Of a stretch of DNA of 64,000 nt, positions 46,569 to 58,449 are shown one piece after another. The stretch comes from Eukaryota sp. GEM-RC1. Lineage: Eukaryota. The DNA lies in assembly GCA_040285855.1 (NCBI GenBank), contig JAUFOQ010000005.1, positions 1,240,001 through 1,304,000 of the forward strand, read 5' to 3'. Under the pieces are notes generated by a model. It searched no databases and was not told where the DNA came from. It saw nothing but the letters and a program-made list of their open reading frames with translations. Within the stretch, counting starts at the first letter, position 1. Each line of letters starts with the position of its first letter. The translations under genes and the position numbers were made by a program.

Positions 46569-47696
46569 ATGTCTTCATCTCGTAATGTCGACCCAGATGT
46601 CATTTGCACTGCAATTCAGACCAACAACATTAAACGTGTTTCAAAACTGCTGGCTTCTGGAGTTTCTCCTGCCATCGTCCATCCAGTTAATGGGAGAAAT
46701 ACACTCCACTACGCAGTCATTTACGGTCGAACATCCATTCTCTCTCTTCTCCTAGAAGAAGCTAAACGATTATCTCGAAGCTACGTTCTCGGATTCACAT
46801 GGGATGAGTTCATAAACCACCACGATGAAGAGTTCGGGGAAACTCCTTTATCTAGATGTATCCAATGCTGGATATGGGAACATAGCTTAGAAGAATATAA
46901 CTGCACTCCAGAGATTTACAAGGATGTTTTCCACTTACTGGTTGATGCTGGGGCTTGTTTAAAGGCCAAGAACCTTGATGGGATGACGTTGCTGCATTAT
47001 CCTGTTTATTCAGGAACAAATGTGAATTGGGAAGTTGCTCTAGACTGTGTGCAGACTCTTTTGGAGCAATCTAACACGTCATTTTTGATTAATGTTCCAG
47101 ATGACGATTCTGAAACACCTTTTCATACTTTGTTTAAAACTCCAGATGAGACTTTGATGAGTAAGATTAGGGATCCTGATCATTCATCTACTCGGAATTA
47201 TTTAGAAATTGTGCGATTATTTAGAAAATTCGGTGGAAGAGTTTCTTCAGTTAAAACTCGCGATGGTTACACACCACTAGAACTTGCTTTTAACAAGGGT
47301 TTTCAATTCTACAATGTCATCCACGACACTTTAACTCAAATAGATTCCCAACTAATACCCAAGGATCAATTAAGATTGCCAAAGGGAGTTTCCCCTTCCC
47401 TCCAACTAACTCCTTCTGAATACAAAGCCCCTACTGTTCCGAAGTTGGACATTAAAGCGTACCAATCTCATATCAGAGCTCAACACTCTCAAAGATCACT
47501 TCCGTCCTTGAAGAAACCTTTAGTAGTCCTTCCAAAGAAGCAGCGGCCTCCCCCTGAACCACTTCCTTTAAAAAGATTAGTTCCTGCTGAGTCACCTTTC
47601 CAATCAACTGGAAGGGGTTCAGATTTGCCAAAGCTTGGTATAAGTCGTCGTTTGAATCTTCCTAAGCTTCCTCCAAAGATAAAGAGAACAACTTAG
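46569..47696 (+). CDS. Ankyrin-repeat protein with Pro/Lys-rich tail
   Basis: GRNTLHYAV, GETPL, GMTLLHY, ETPFH, GYTPLELA. Confidence 0.85.
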   Translation: MSSSRNVDPDVICTAIQTNNIKRVSKLLASGVSPAIVHPVNGRNTLHYAVIYGRTSILSLLLEEAKRLSRSYVLGFTWDEFINHHDEEFGETPLSRCIQCWIWEHSLEEYNCTPEIYKDVFHLLVDAGACLKAKNLDGMTLLHYPVYSGTNVNWEVALDCVQTLLEQSNTSFLINVPDDDSETPFHTLFKTPDETLMSKIRDPDHSSTRNYLEIVRLFRKFGGRVSSVKTRDGYTPLELAFNKGFQFYNVIHDTLTQIDSQLIPKDQLRLPKGVSPSLQLTPSEYKAPTVPKLDIKAYQSHIRAQHSQRSLPSLKKPLVVLPKKQRPPPEPLPLKRLVPAESPFQSTGRGSDLPKLGISRRLNLPKLPPKIKRTT

Positions 47697-47942
47697 GGTG
47701 TTTTGAGAGATTTTTTCTAAAAACACAAGACTCTTTTAATATTTGTCTGTTCTTTGAGTTGAACATTCTTCATTCTTTAAAGATTGAAGAGTCTTATCTA
47801 TAGCTGTTTGTTTTTGAACAAAGGCTAGCCAACCGTTCTAATTTGGAAAACTCTGCTGAGTTTTTTTGAAGATTTTGATGTTTCAAACTGAGGTTTTAAT
47901 TATTCACCGAAGAACATTTACTTTCTATACTTGTTTTATGTA

Positions 47943-48415
47943 CTTGTTTTGTTGTTGATGTAGTGTCGGTTGATGTTTGTAAAAAGACATCTTTAAAGAA
48001 CGCTTCATCTGAAACTTCTCCTTTAGACATTTCTGAACAGGCCAAACAGGATAAGTACATAAAACCATTGATGGGTTTAAAACATGTAAAACATGTTGAG
48101 TACGAATTATGCCCTTTGCCGTTTCAATTTACGGACGTTTAGGAAAAAGTGCATTGAATTTTTTAAACGATTTCGGAAAAATCGTAAAAAATAGGATGAA
48201 CAAACGTTTTGATCATACGTTATGGTTGAATCGGATCGTTTTTACTGTTTTTAAAACAGTTCCCCTAATCATCTCCAAAGCTTTATTAGCAGTGAGTGCC
48301 TTTTATGAGGACAAAGCTGTTGTAAGGTTTGATAGCGACGGGTGTTGTTTTAGTGACATCAAATTTTAGTTGTTTGATCTATAACATTTATAATAAACTT
48401 TATTTTTAAAAAAAA
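47943..48415 (+). mobile_element. 5'-truncated RLE-type non-LTR retrotransposon with A-tail and TSD
   Basis: VVDVVSVD...SEQAKQDKY...PFAVSIYGRLGKSALNFL; AATAAA then A8 (48408-48415); 11-bp TSD TGTTTTATGTA (47932-47942, 48416-48426). Confidence 0.85.
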
Positions 48416-49131
48416 TGTTTTATGTATCAATCATTCTTCTTATTTTGAATTTCTGAATTAATTCAAATTCTTCTTCTTTAATGGATATCTTTGACTATTG
48501 TGGATGTTGGCATTTTTTAACTATTTTCGGAGAATTACCAGTGGTAGTGAATTGCACGGTCTATGTTGTTAAATTCCATCTTGAGTGTTCTACTTGAATG
48601 CAGTGGCTTAAATCTGTTTTGACAAACTAACAATTAAATAAAGGAAATGATGTATTTCAGCACCTCCAATCAAAAAAGGGGATCAAATGATTAATAAAAC
48701 CATCTCCGTTAAGAGAGATTTCTGTCCTTGATTGAAATCAATAAAGGAAAGCTATTAAACAACACAAGAACAAAAGATTGTCAACAACTACATAGTTATT
48801 GAAAACATGGGCACTAACAATCTGAGTAAAAAAAGAAAACTAAAGCAACACAACACATAAAACATGGAATTATACCAAAATATCAAACTAAAAAATAACA
48901 ACATCACTTCAATGCCCAAATTTTTAAAAAACAAGAATTAAATTGAAAACAATGATCGACTGGTATCAATCTAAAACGCTGATTGATTACTAATAAATAA
49001 CGATGAAATTCCAAATTTTTAAAATTTGTTAATGATAACTATGTGGGGAGCTGTGATCGTCAGTACCACCAATACAAGGCAAACTAGCAGATCGTTGTCT
49101 AGGTAAATTAGCACCTTTCTGTAAGTAATTA

Positions 49132-50234
49132 TCAAAGTTGGGGGGAAGGTGGAGGTGATGGAATAATAACAGGCAGGGCCCGCCCTTTCTTCATTAAATA
49201 TTTTAAAATTTTCTGTTGCTTTTCCTTAACGACCTTAACAGGTGGATTAGTAAACTTCAAATAACCATCAAAAGGAACCGCTTTCAATCCACACTCCTTA
49301 GCAATCAAATCACGCGCTCTATTACTAAACTCGATTGCCGTTTCTGAGGGTCTGATTGAAGTCGCCTCAAGATAATAAACATCAGCCACAACTGCCCAAG
49401 AGGTTAAAAAGTGAATGAAATGTGATAGAAACGATTGTTGTTTAGAATTCCAATAAGCATCTACAAATATCTCATTGTACTTAATGCCAATTGGTACCAC
49501 AGTGGCTCCCAACTCGAAAACACCCTTCTTAAACTGGACAATAAAGTCATTCCCTACACAGGTTCCTTCAGGAAAGACTAGGAGAGGAGTAGCGTATGGG
49601 TCACAAAGATGACGTTTGATTCGTCTGGCAACGACCTGACGATCATCTATATCTGTTCTCTCGAACCAGATACAACCAAGAGCAGAGAGGAATGAGTTTT
49701 GGATGAAGCCTACCCAGCCTTGATGTTGTTGGCCTACAACAGCGAAGGCTTGGTGTTGACAGAGGAGGACGAGGTCGAGCATGGTGGTGTGATTGCAGAT
49801 GTAGATTTGATTGGGGCGATGACGTGGGAGGTTGCCGTGGTATTTGATGACGCCGCACCAAGATAGAACCATGACGTGGGTGAGGTATTGGAGGATCCGG
49901 CGTAGATAGCGCTGTTTCCATTCACCATGTGGGAAGAAGGAGATGAGGATGAAACCAAGAGCAGAAGAGATTATGCCAAAAGAAGGATTACGAGACGAAT
50001 GGGGAAAATGATGAAGTAGCGAAGAAGTACACCGAAAAGCCACATGACAAAAAGGTAATAGTTGTAGTTCCATGCTGAAGGAGTTTTTGAGCGGAAACAA
50101 CGGGAGAATTGGTCGTCGTAAATTACAGAAACACCATCACGAACTAGCTTCACGGTGTAACTGAAATCAAGAGTGAACGGCCAGAAGTTGGTTGACTGGG
50201 TAGAATCCATGGAGTCTGAATGTGTTTCAACCAT
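49132..50234 (-). CDS. Glycerol-3-phosphate acyltransferase (GPAT3/4/GPAT9 family)
   Basis: IYDDQFSRCF..WNYN, CNHTTMLD, VVGQQHQG, IWFER, FPEGTC, FKKGVF; frameshift in T-run ~49980. Confidence 0.9.
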
Positions 50235-50333
50235 TATGATTCAATTGAAGTGGGAAGAGTGAGAGATGATTGAAGATGAAAGATGAAACACGTAACAGGT
50301 GTGTTTGTTTGTTTGTCAGATTTTTGTAAACCA

Positions 50334-51260
50334 CAGTAAACGGTTTAATTAGTCTAGATTTTAAATTGGTCTAGATTTTACTTAGTCTGATCCATCGACT
50401 AATTCATATATATCATAAATACAATATGTTCAATTCTATGAAATTTAGTCCGGATTTTGAACAACGTCTCCAACAATGTCAGTAGAAGATGGGTGCCCGA
50501 ATCACTACTATTGAGTTGACTTTAAATTGCCCATCAAATGGTTCTCTATCTTAAATGGTTTCGGGAGAATTCGATCGGAACAGCCTCAGTTTCAAGAAGA
50601 AGACGTTATTGAACTTGATGAAGATTCTGCCGTTCGCCTTGTTGAAGCCTGAACTACAGGAAATCGTTGCAAACCATCAAGAAGAATTTAATGGTAGAAA
50701 GCCTGATACTCGGTCCAAAAGTGATGAAATTAGTGATGACTAAAGTAAAATATGAAATTGAAGCCCGGGGCCTGTCCGTATAAGCCCCATCTTAAAATCG
50801 GCTACTATTACGTGGGGGCTACTATTACGTGGTGGGGCTTCTCTCTATAAGCCCCTTACCAAATCATGTTCTGAAGTCTCAGTTGTGTCGCATGTAGTGG
50901 ATTCACTGTCAAAAACAATAAAAACAGTTACTCATCAACAACTTCCACATGTGACTCACCCAATTCTAACTCACACAATATGGCCAAATCCTCGAAGATC
51001 GATACTTCAAAATTCTTTATAACCAGGGGCTACTATTACGTGGTGAGGCCTCTCCGTATAAGCCCCATCCAAAAATCGGCCACTATTACGTGGAGGGGCT
51101 TCAATTTCATATTTTACTTTAGTATGTTATAGATGCATAATGAATCATTATTAATGATGAAGAATTTGCGTTTGCTGCATTGTAAGATTCTTTTCCAAAA
51201 CCAAAATCCAGATTAATTCATTTCTTGACCTCTTATCCAGACTAATTAAACCGTTTACTG
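50334..51260. mobile_element. Tc1/mariner-like MITE copy 1, containing a nested element
   Basis: TIR CAGTAAACGGTTTAATTAGTCT / AGACTAATTAAACCGTTTACTG, followed by TA. Confidence 0.85.
50740..51122. mobile_element. Nested MITE
   Basis: 27-bp TIR CTAAAGTAAAATATGAAATTGAAGCCC / GGGCTTCAATTTCATATTTTACTTTAG; internal CTATTACGTGG and ATAAGCCCC repeats; absent from copy 2. Confidence 0.85.
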
Positions 51261-51737
51261 TACAAGTACAGTAAACGTGAGATAGAAGCCCTGGAATGGG
51301 GCTTCTAGTGGTGGTATCTATTTCATAGTGTTCTTTATTTGGGGACATTAAGAAAACGGGGTTTATGATCAACCAGTGAAATATATGCAGTAAGTGACTA
51401 CTAAAGGCGTTTTTTCTACTGTGAGTTTGTTGAATTTAACTGTCTGATACAATTAGACTTCAGAGTCTTTTCTCTAACAATTGTAGTTGTACTAGAATAT
51501 CTAACTAATAGTACCTGAGTCTTTGTAAGCTTGCTTTCCAAATACTCATGGGGATTTATATAATTATTCATGTTGTAAATAGAAGTTTCTGTATGTTGTC
51601 ATTCTTTTGTACGTGTACTGTACAACTCATTATCAACAATATTTTAACTGTTTTTTGAAGTTCGTATACACAGGAAGCGATAATTAGTTGTCTGGACGGT
51701 CTTATAGTTTGAAGTTTTGGAAACATAAATAAAGTTA

Positions 51738-52356
51738 CAGTAAACGGTTTAATTAGTCTGGATTTTAATTAGTCTGATCCAGACTAATTCATATATATCA
51801 ATAATAAAAACTGTTCAATTTTATGAAATTTAGTCTGGATTTCGAACAACATCTCCAACAAAATCAGTAGAAGATGGTGTGTCGTATCATTACTAGTGAG
51901 TTGACATTAAATTTCCCATCTCATGGTTCTCTATCTTAAATGGCTTTGCGATAATTCGATCACAAGAACCTCAGTTTCAAGAAGAAGAAAACGTTAGTGA
52001 ACTTGATGAAGAGTCTGCCGTTCACCTTGTTGAAGCCTCAGCTACAGGAATCGTTGCAAACCATCAAGAAGAATTTAATGGTAAAAAGCCTGATACTTGG
52101 CCAAAAGTGATGAATATAGTGATGATGAGTATGTTATAGATGCTTAAGGATGAAGAATTTGAGTTTGATATGATTCTTTTCCAGAACCAAAATCCAGACT
52201 AATTTATATCATGACCTATTAGTCTGGTCCAGACTAATAAAAATATATGCAAATAAGTCGGGATTTTAATTAGTCTGGTCCAGACTAATACATATTTTTG
52301 AACATCAGAACGACTATGAAAATTAGTCTGGTCCAGACTAATTAAACCGTTTACTG
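51738..52356. mobile_element. Tc1/mariner-like MITE copy 2
   Basis: Same TIR flanked by TA on both sides; body co-linear with copy 1. Confidence 0.88.
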
Positions 52357-52405
52357 TAAGAATACATTCTTCAAAATTTAGACTCTCAACCTTCGCACAT
52401 ATGCC

Positions 52406-54268
52406 ATGACTCATAGCACCCATGTTACCACGACCAGTTTCCTTATATTGACTTTGCTCGTAAGCATAACTGCACTAGATGTTGTGGTTTTGAGTGACGA
52501 GTCATCATTCGCTGACTTGTTACTGCATCAGCTCTCTGACACTACAATCGACATTGTTAAGCACATTTTCAATGATACTTGGAGTTCTGCTCTTGTCAAG
52601 GAGGCTGATGTAGTCATTGCTCCTTTTAATGTACCGCCTGCTTTTGATTTCGTTTCATCCTCCAACAAACCTCTCTTTGTGTTTCCCAATGTTCTCTACG
52701 ACTTCTCTCTTTGTAAATTACCTTCTCCATCCCTAAAATTATACGTCTCTCCTTCCAATTGTTGTCAAACGAATTCTCCACATGATACATCTCTCCTCCA
52801 TCACAAACTCTTCCTTTACTGTTATATCTGCTGCACCCCCTCACATTACTTCTCAGTTTGACTTCCCTGCTGATTCTGTTTCTTTGTCTCTTAATGGCGT
52901 TGATCCTGATGTAGCATCTTCATATTTTCTAAAACATGTATCTCTGTCATCTGTGTCTGTTATCGTGATGATTCTTGATGATGACGTCATGGGTCGTCTT
53001 CTATCAGATTTGATTGATCTTAATGCTTCTTTGGGGAATTTGGTTTTGTTTGTTTTGAATGAGACTTTATTTGACCCAGTTAGGTTTTTTAATTCAAAAA
53101 TAAGTGAATTTTCAAATATTGTTTATTTTAACTTAAACTTTTTGTCATATGATGTTGACTTGACAACTCCTGACAAATTTTTAAATTTTTCGATTTCAAT
53201 AGCTGCCAATCATTCTGCTTCCCTTTTAAAATCACTTGCGTTAGAAACCAAGTCCAACTTCTCTATATCGAACAATTTGAATTTTCTCAAAAGTTTAGGT
53301 TTTGACATTTTTCTTCCATTTAACAATATCACGTCATCATTTTTCCAAAATGACTACTATTTCAAACCCTTTGGCTTCTTCTTTCTTCAAAAGCTCTCTA
53401 GCCGCTCTTTCTTTTCAATTTCAAAAGTATTCCACTCCCCTTTAATGTTTCCAACTTCTATCAACTTCAACTTCCCGTCTTTCTGCTTCTCTGCGATCCT
53501 TGTATTTTTCTTTGTTTCTTCCTTCATAGCTCTAGCCCATCACTGGTACGAGGAACGGAAATCTAAAGAGATTCTACACCGACTCCATCAGTTTCCACAG
53601 GATCAGCTTTGTGTTGTTTTTATTAGATGTTTTCATCTTCAGACTCTGTTCACGTCACTTTCCCCATCAGTTTTCCAAGTGATTGTTGACCTTATTCATG
53701 AAGCGGTTTGGCGTGTTATCAAAATCCATTCAGGGTATTTTGTCAAGTTTTTGGTCCTGAAAACTGTAATTGCTTGGTCGTGTTTAATACGTGTTCTTCA
53801 GCTATCGAGATGACAACCTTTCTACAACTTCATTTGCTTACTCTTCCTTGGCCAACTGAACTGCTAACCATGGAGGAGGGTTCTGTGTTGATTGCTGATG
53901 ATGCTAGAGTGTTATTTAGAGGTGTTAGAGTGGGAGTGGGAATTGACTATGGTAGGGTTTCCAGGATATTCCATGAAAGATATCAAGTTGACTACGTTGG
54001 AACTACTGCTAATAGAGCGGCGAGGCTATGTCAGTCCACAGAGGCAGGGCAGATTGTTTGTAGTAAGAAGGTTGTGAAGAAGTTAGAAGATGAAGGATTT
54101 GGTTTTGTTAATTCTTTGTTTACTAGAATTGGAATTAAAACTCTTAAAGGAGTTACCACTTTTGAAGCTTTTGGAGTCCTCCCAAAGGCTTTGATTGGAC
54201 GGGTGTTTGAAACTACTGGTCCTCAGTTGGAAATGAAAAAGATTGAACTCTGGTCTGAATCTCGATAG
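52406..54268 (+). CDS. Receptor-type class III adenylate cyclase-like protein (signal peptide, ectodomain, one TM, cyclase domain)
   Basis: Three ORFs joined by homopolymer shifts (~52737, ~53750); LPWPTELL, LFRGVRVGVGIDYG, DYVGTTANRAARL, AGQIVCS, LKGV. Confidence 0.8.
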
Positions 54269-55168
54269 GAGTTGAAAGTTCTATTAAATTTCTTTTCATT
54301 GTTTACTATTCATTTAACATTTTTTTGTCTATTGGTGTTGTATTAGCTTCAATGCTACTTCAAGTGGGATTTTGTACGTTATACGTCATTGTGTTGTGAA
54401 GTATTCAAAATCTTCAGACAAAGACTATCTATATGATCCAGGTTTCTCACTTTTGTTCAATACATTTTTTCGTTTGCCAGTCTTTATTATTATTACGTTG
54501 TGGTGAAATTTCTTCTTTTTGTTGAACATTGAATCAAAATGAAGAGTAAAAGTGATTTATGCTTATTTCACAAATCAATATTTCAAATTGAGTAGCGGTA
54601 TAACAGTATAGCTAAAGACAACACATGTTTCTCACATCATTAGTACTTCTTTCTTAGGGCTTTTCAAATACTTTCAATGAAGTTTACATGTGAAGAATAA
54701 AAAATAGTTTTCATAACAGAATACGTTACAACATTTCTGGAAAGACATATAGATGTACTGCTACTACATGTAGTAAGTGATAGATAGGGGAAAGGGAAAC
54801 TCCACTCGAGTTCTTCTCCAAACTCCACTTCTCTCCAAATTTTCACGAATTGGAGTACTGTCAGAGTTTTATGAGTAAGTCGAGTTGGAGTGAAACTTGC
54901 TATGTCATTAGACTTCCTAGGTAAGTATTATTCATAATTTACAAAAAACGCCTATATCAAGGGCAGTTATACTATTTGCATTTATCATTGACCAAAATGA
55001 AATAAACTTATGACAGCTGACCACATGACGGGAAAGAGGCTAAAGAAGCACCACACCCACAAGTATATTTTTGAAGGAGACCAATGATACTGGAACAGGT
55101 GAAAGGGGAAGGTAAAAGGTGTTTATAAAGTGAAATAACGGATTACGTAACCATACTAATACCTTTGG

Positions 55169-56770
55169 CTACCAATTGACTATAAACCGAGCCTGATTGA
55201 CTTTCAACGCATCTGCCAAAGCTCTGGCACCTTCAGCTCCAATAGAGTTCTGACTCAGATCAATACTGGTAACTGAAGTATTAACTTTCAATGCATCTGC
55301 CAAAGCTCTGGCACCTTCAGCTCCAATAGAGTTGTCAACCAGATAAACACTTGTAACTGAAGTATTAACTTTCAATGCATCTGCCAAAGCTCTGGCACCT
55401 TCAGCTCCAATAGAGTTGTCCCCCAGATAAACACTTGTAACTGAAGCATTAACTTTCAACGCCTCTGCCAAAGCTCTGGCACCTTCAGCCCCAATAGAGT
55501 TGTAACCCAGATAAACACTTGTAACTGAAGTATTAACTTTCAATGCATCTGCCAAAGCTCTGGCACCTTCAGCTCCAATAGAGTTGTCCCCCAGATAAAC
55601 ACTTGTAACTGAAGTATTAACTTTCAATGCATCTGCCAAAGCTCTGGCACTTTCAGCTCCAATAGAGTTCTGACTCAGATCAATACTGGTAACTGAAGTA
55701 TTAACTTTCAACGCCTCTGACAAAGCTCTGGCACCTTCAGCTCCAATAGAGTTGTCCCCCAGATAAACACTTGTAACTGAAGTATTAACTTTCAATGCAT
55801 CTGCCAAAGCTCTGGCACCTTCAGCTCCAATAGAATATCCCCCAGATAAACACTTGTAACTGAAGTATTAACTTTCAATGCATCTGCCAAAGCTCTGGCA
55901 CCTTCAGCTCCAATAGAGTTCTGAAGCAGACCAATACTTGTAACTGAAGCATTAACTTTCAATGCATCTGCCAAAGCTCTGGCACCTTCATCTCTAATAT
56001 CGTGATATTCCAGATCAATACTTGTAACTGAAGTATTAACTTTCAACGCATCTGCCAAAGCTCTGGCACCTTCAGCTCCAATAGAGTTTCCACCTAAAAT
56101 AACACTTGTAATTGAAGTATTAACTTTCAACGTTTCAATGAATAACAAAGAAAAAGATTCGTTTTGGAACACGTCTACTTCTAGCTGCTTAAGACGTGGA
56201 AATAAAGAAGAATTGTTTAAAAACTCTAAATCAGGAGGTTCCCTTAGTTTGATTCTCAATCCTGTAATTATACCAGAATAATTAAAAAATTTCTCAATTT
56301 GTAAGGTTTCATCAGTGTGCAAGAAAACAGATTGTAGATCTGCTCCAAAGAAGGAAGCAAGTGAAACTAGTTTGGGAAGGTGATCAAGATCAGCATGAAA
56401 GGTGGTGCGTAATTGAAAATAGATTTTAACTGCTTGGAATGAAGAATCAAGGAAGTGATTACTTACATAGCCAACTTGTTCAAAGAATGTAGGTAACGCT
56501 GTTTTCAAAGCAGCGAGTTGAGGAGTATTTCGATCATCATCGTATGAGTACCGAGAATACCAGTACTCAAAAGAACGCTTAAAAAAGACGTCTGAGCAAG
56601 TGGAGATGAATAAGAATCAACAAAGTCTGCTGAACACGTATACTTTTAGAGGGATGATGTGTTGTTGAAGACACTACCGACAGTTCGTCACAGTCAGAAA
56701 TCACAGAGGAGATACTGGTAGAGGATGAACGACTCCTTTTCAACAAAGGTTCAGGGCGAAGTGTGACCAT
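55169..56770 (-). pseudogene. LRR-family paralog 4 (11 repeats), two frameshifts
   Basis: MVTLRPEPLLKRSRS start; frameshifts ~56583 and ~55836; very homogeneous 84-bp units. Confidence 0.85.
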
Positions 56771-56969
56771 TGATCAAGAAATGAGAACTTACTGCTCTCT
56801 CTCAATTAAATCTTAATGTCTGTCATTTCTTGGTTCCATCCGAACTCTCTAGTCACTAGAAGAGTAGTATCGATAACCTCAGACTTGTCATCAAACCGAC
56901 GGAGATGTAGTGACATAGTTATCACATCATAGTTGTCAGTGCAGATTTCCTTCTGTTCTGTGATTTTCA

Positions 56970-57480
56970 AAATAAGTTATATTATTTAGTATCATTGGGC
57001 AACCCGTAATAGACTGTTTTTCTTCATGGTATGTCACTCCATTGAATATGTAAATAATGACTGACTGTTTCAACAGTCCTTGTTGAGTTCTTGGTGGGAT
57101 GTGAATCTCATCGTGCAACGGTTCACAATAAGTTAGGTTCTGCAATAAATTCAATGCAAGACTGCAGCTGTCAGAAAAATTGTCTTCCACAGTTTCCAGC
57201 TACAATGAATACCGACCACCCACTAGCAAACAGCTTCAACTGTAGTTGGACGAGATCAAATGTCTTGAAATTGAGTTTCCTGAACTGTACATTTACTGCT
57301 AATTTATGAAAGACTATGTTCCATTTATTATAATTCAATAGTCATTCACCACAATAAAACAGAACTTTAAAAGAACAATGACCCTTTTACAGCTGTTAAC
57401 AAAATTGCTTGCGGTTGACATGGCTAATTGATTACACAAAATCAATACACCAATTGTTCTTGGAACCAAATAGCAAAGAA
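56970..57480 (+). repeat. Duplicated LRR-gene upstream flank, copy A
   Basis: Co-linear with 62107-62555 (e.g. ATAGACTGTTTTTCTTCATGGTATGTCACTCCATTGAATAT). Confidence 0.85.
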
Positions 57481-58449
57481 ATTCTGTGTCAGAAAGTGTT
57501 TTGGAAGTATTTGTTTCGGTTCGAGTTGACCTGATCAAGTATTTTTGGAAAGCTCAAGTTGGAGAACAGTTCGTGATAACAGTAATTAACATCATAATGC
57601 TTTACTAGAAGTATGTTGTACTTTTCAAGATCCACTCAGAACAGCAAGAACGATAAGGTCTGTTTTCTTCATTAAATACGTCGAAAACACGTCGAAAATT
57701 TGTTCAACCTGATGATATACCATTGGTCAAGTTCCGGGTTGTTTAATTATAATGACATTGTTATGTAGATTGTTTCTTATTTCAAACATTTGAAGTTTCT
57801 GGGCTGATTACAACCATTGTGTTGAAAAAACGTTAGACAGATTACCCAGAGCTAAAGAGAAATAGCAAACTGACAATAAAATGAAAATAAAATGAAAATA
57901 ACAAACGGATTGTGTCTACCAGAATTCATCTGGACAATTAGTTCACCATAAAGATCAAATTGTTTCTGTTCAGTAGTTTCAAGAGCAGAATAATTTCAAA
58001 ATCAACACAAGATGTTCTACATTAACAAGAAGAATATTGTTTTTATCGTATTGTGGCTTCCTCTCAAAAATGTATCTGTATATATGACCGTACAAAAAAC
58101 AATTAATTGGAAAAAGATAAGAATAGTCAAGCACGGCAAATTTTGCTTATTTAACACTTTTCATCAAGTCAAAACGACTGCTTTCAAAGCATCTTTCGAC
58201 CAAAAAAGTTGAGACACCGAAAAAGATTGACATTAACCTTTGAAATATTTTGACAAGAGTTGTTCATTGGTAAATCTTCTGTTGTGACATATTTCAGAAA
58301 ATGCTCTAGTGATGCTGTTTTTAAATCAGCAATAAAGGTAACTCAACATCCTGTAGATATATTTGTCTTGTATACTCTCCTCAACTTCAACCACCTTCTT
58401 GTTTTTAAAAAAGAAGAACCTGTTTATATCTAAAACTAATGAAAACTAT

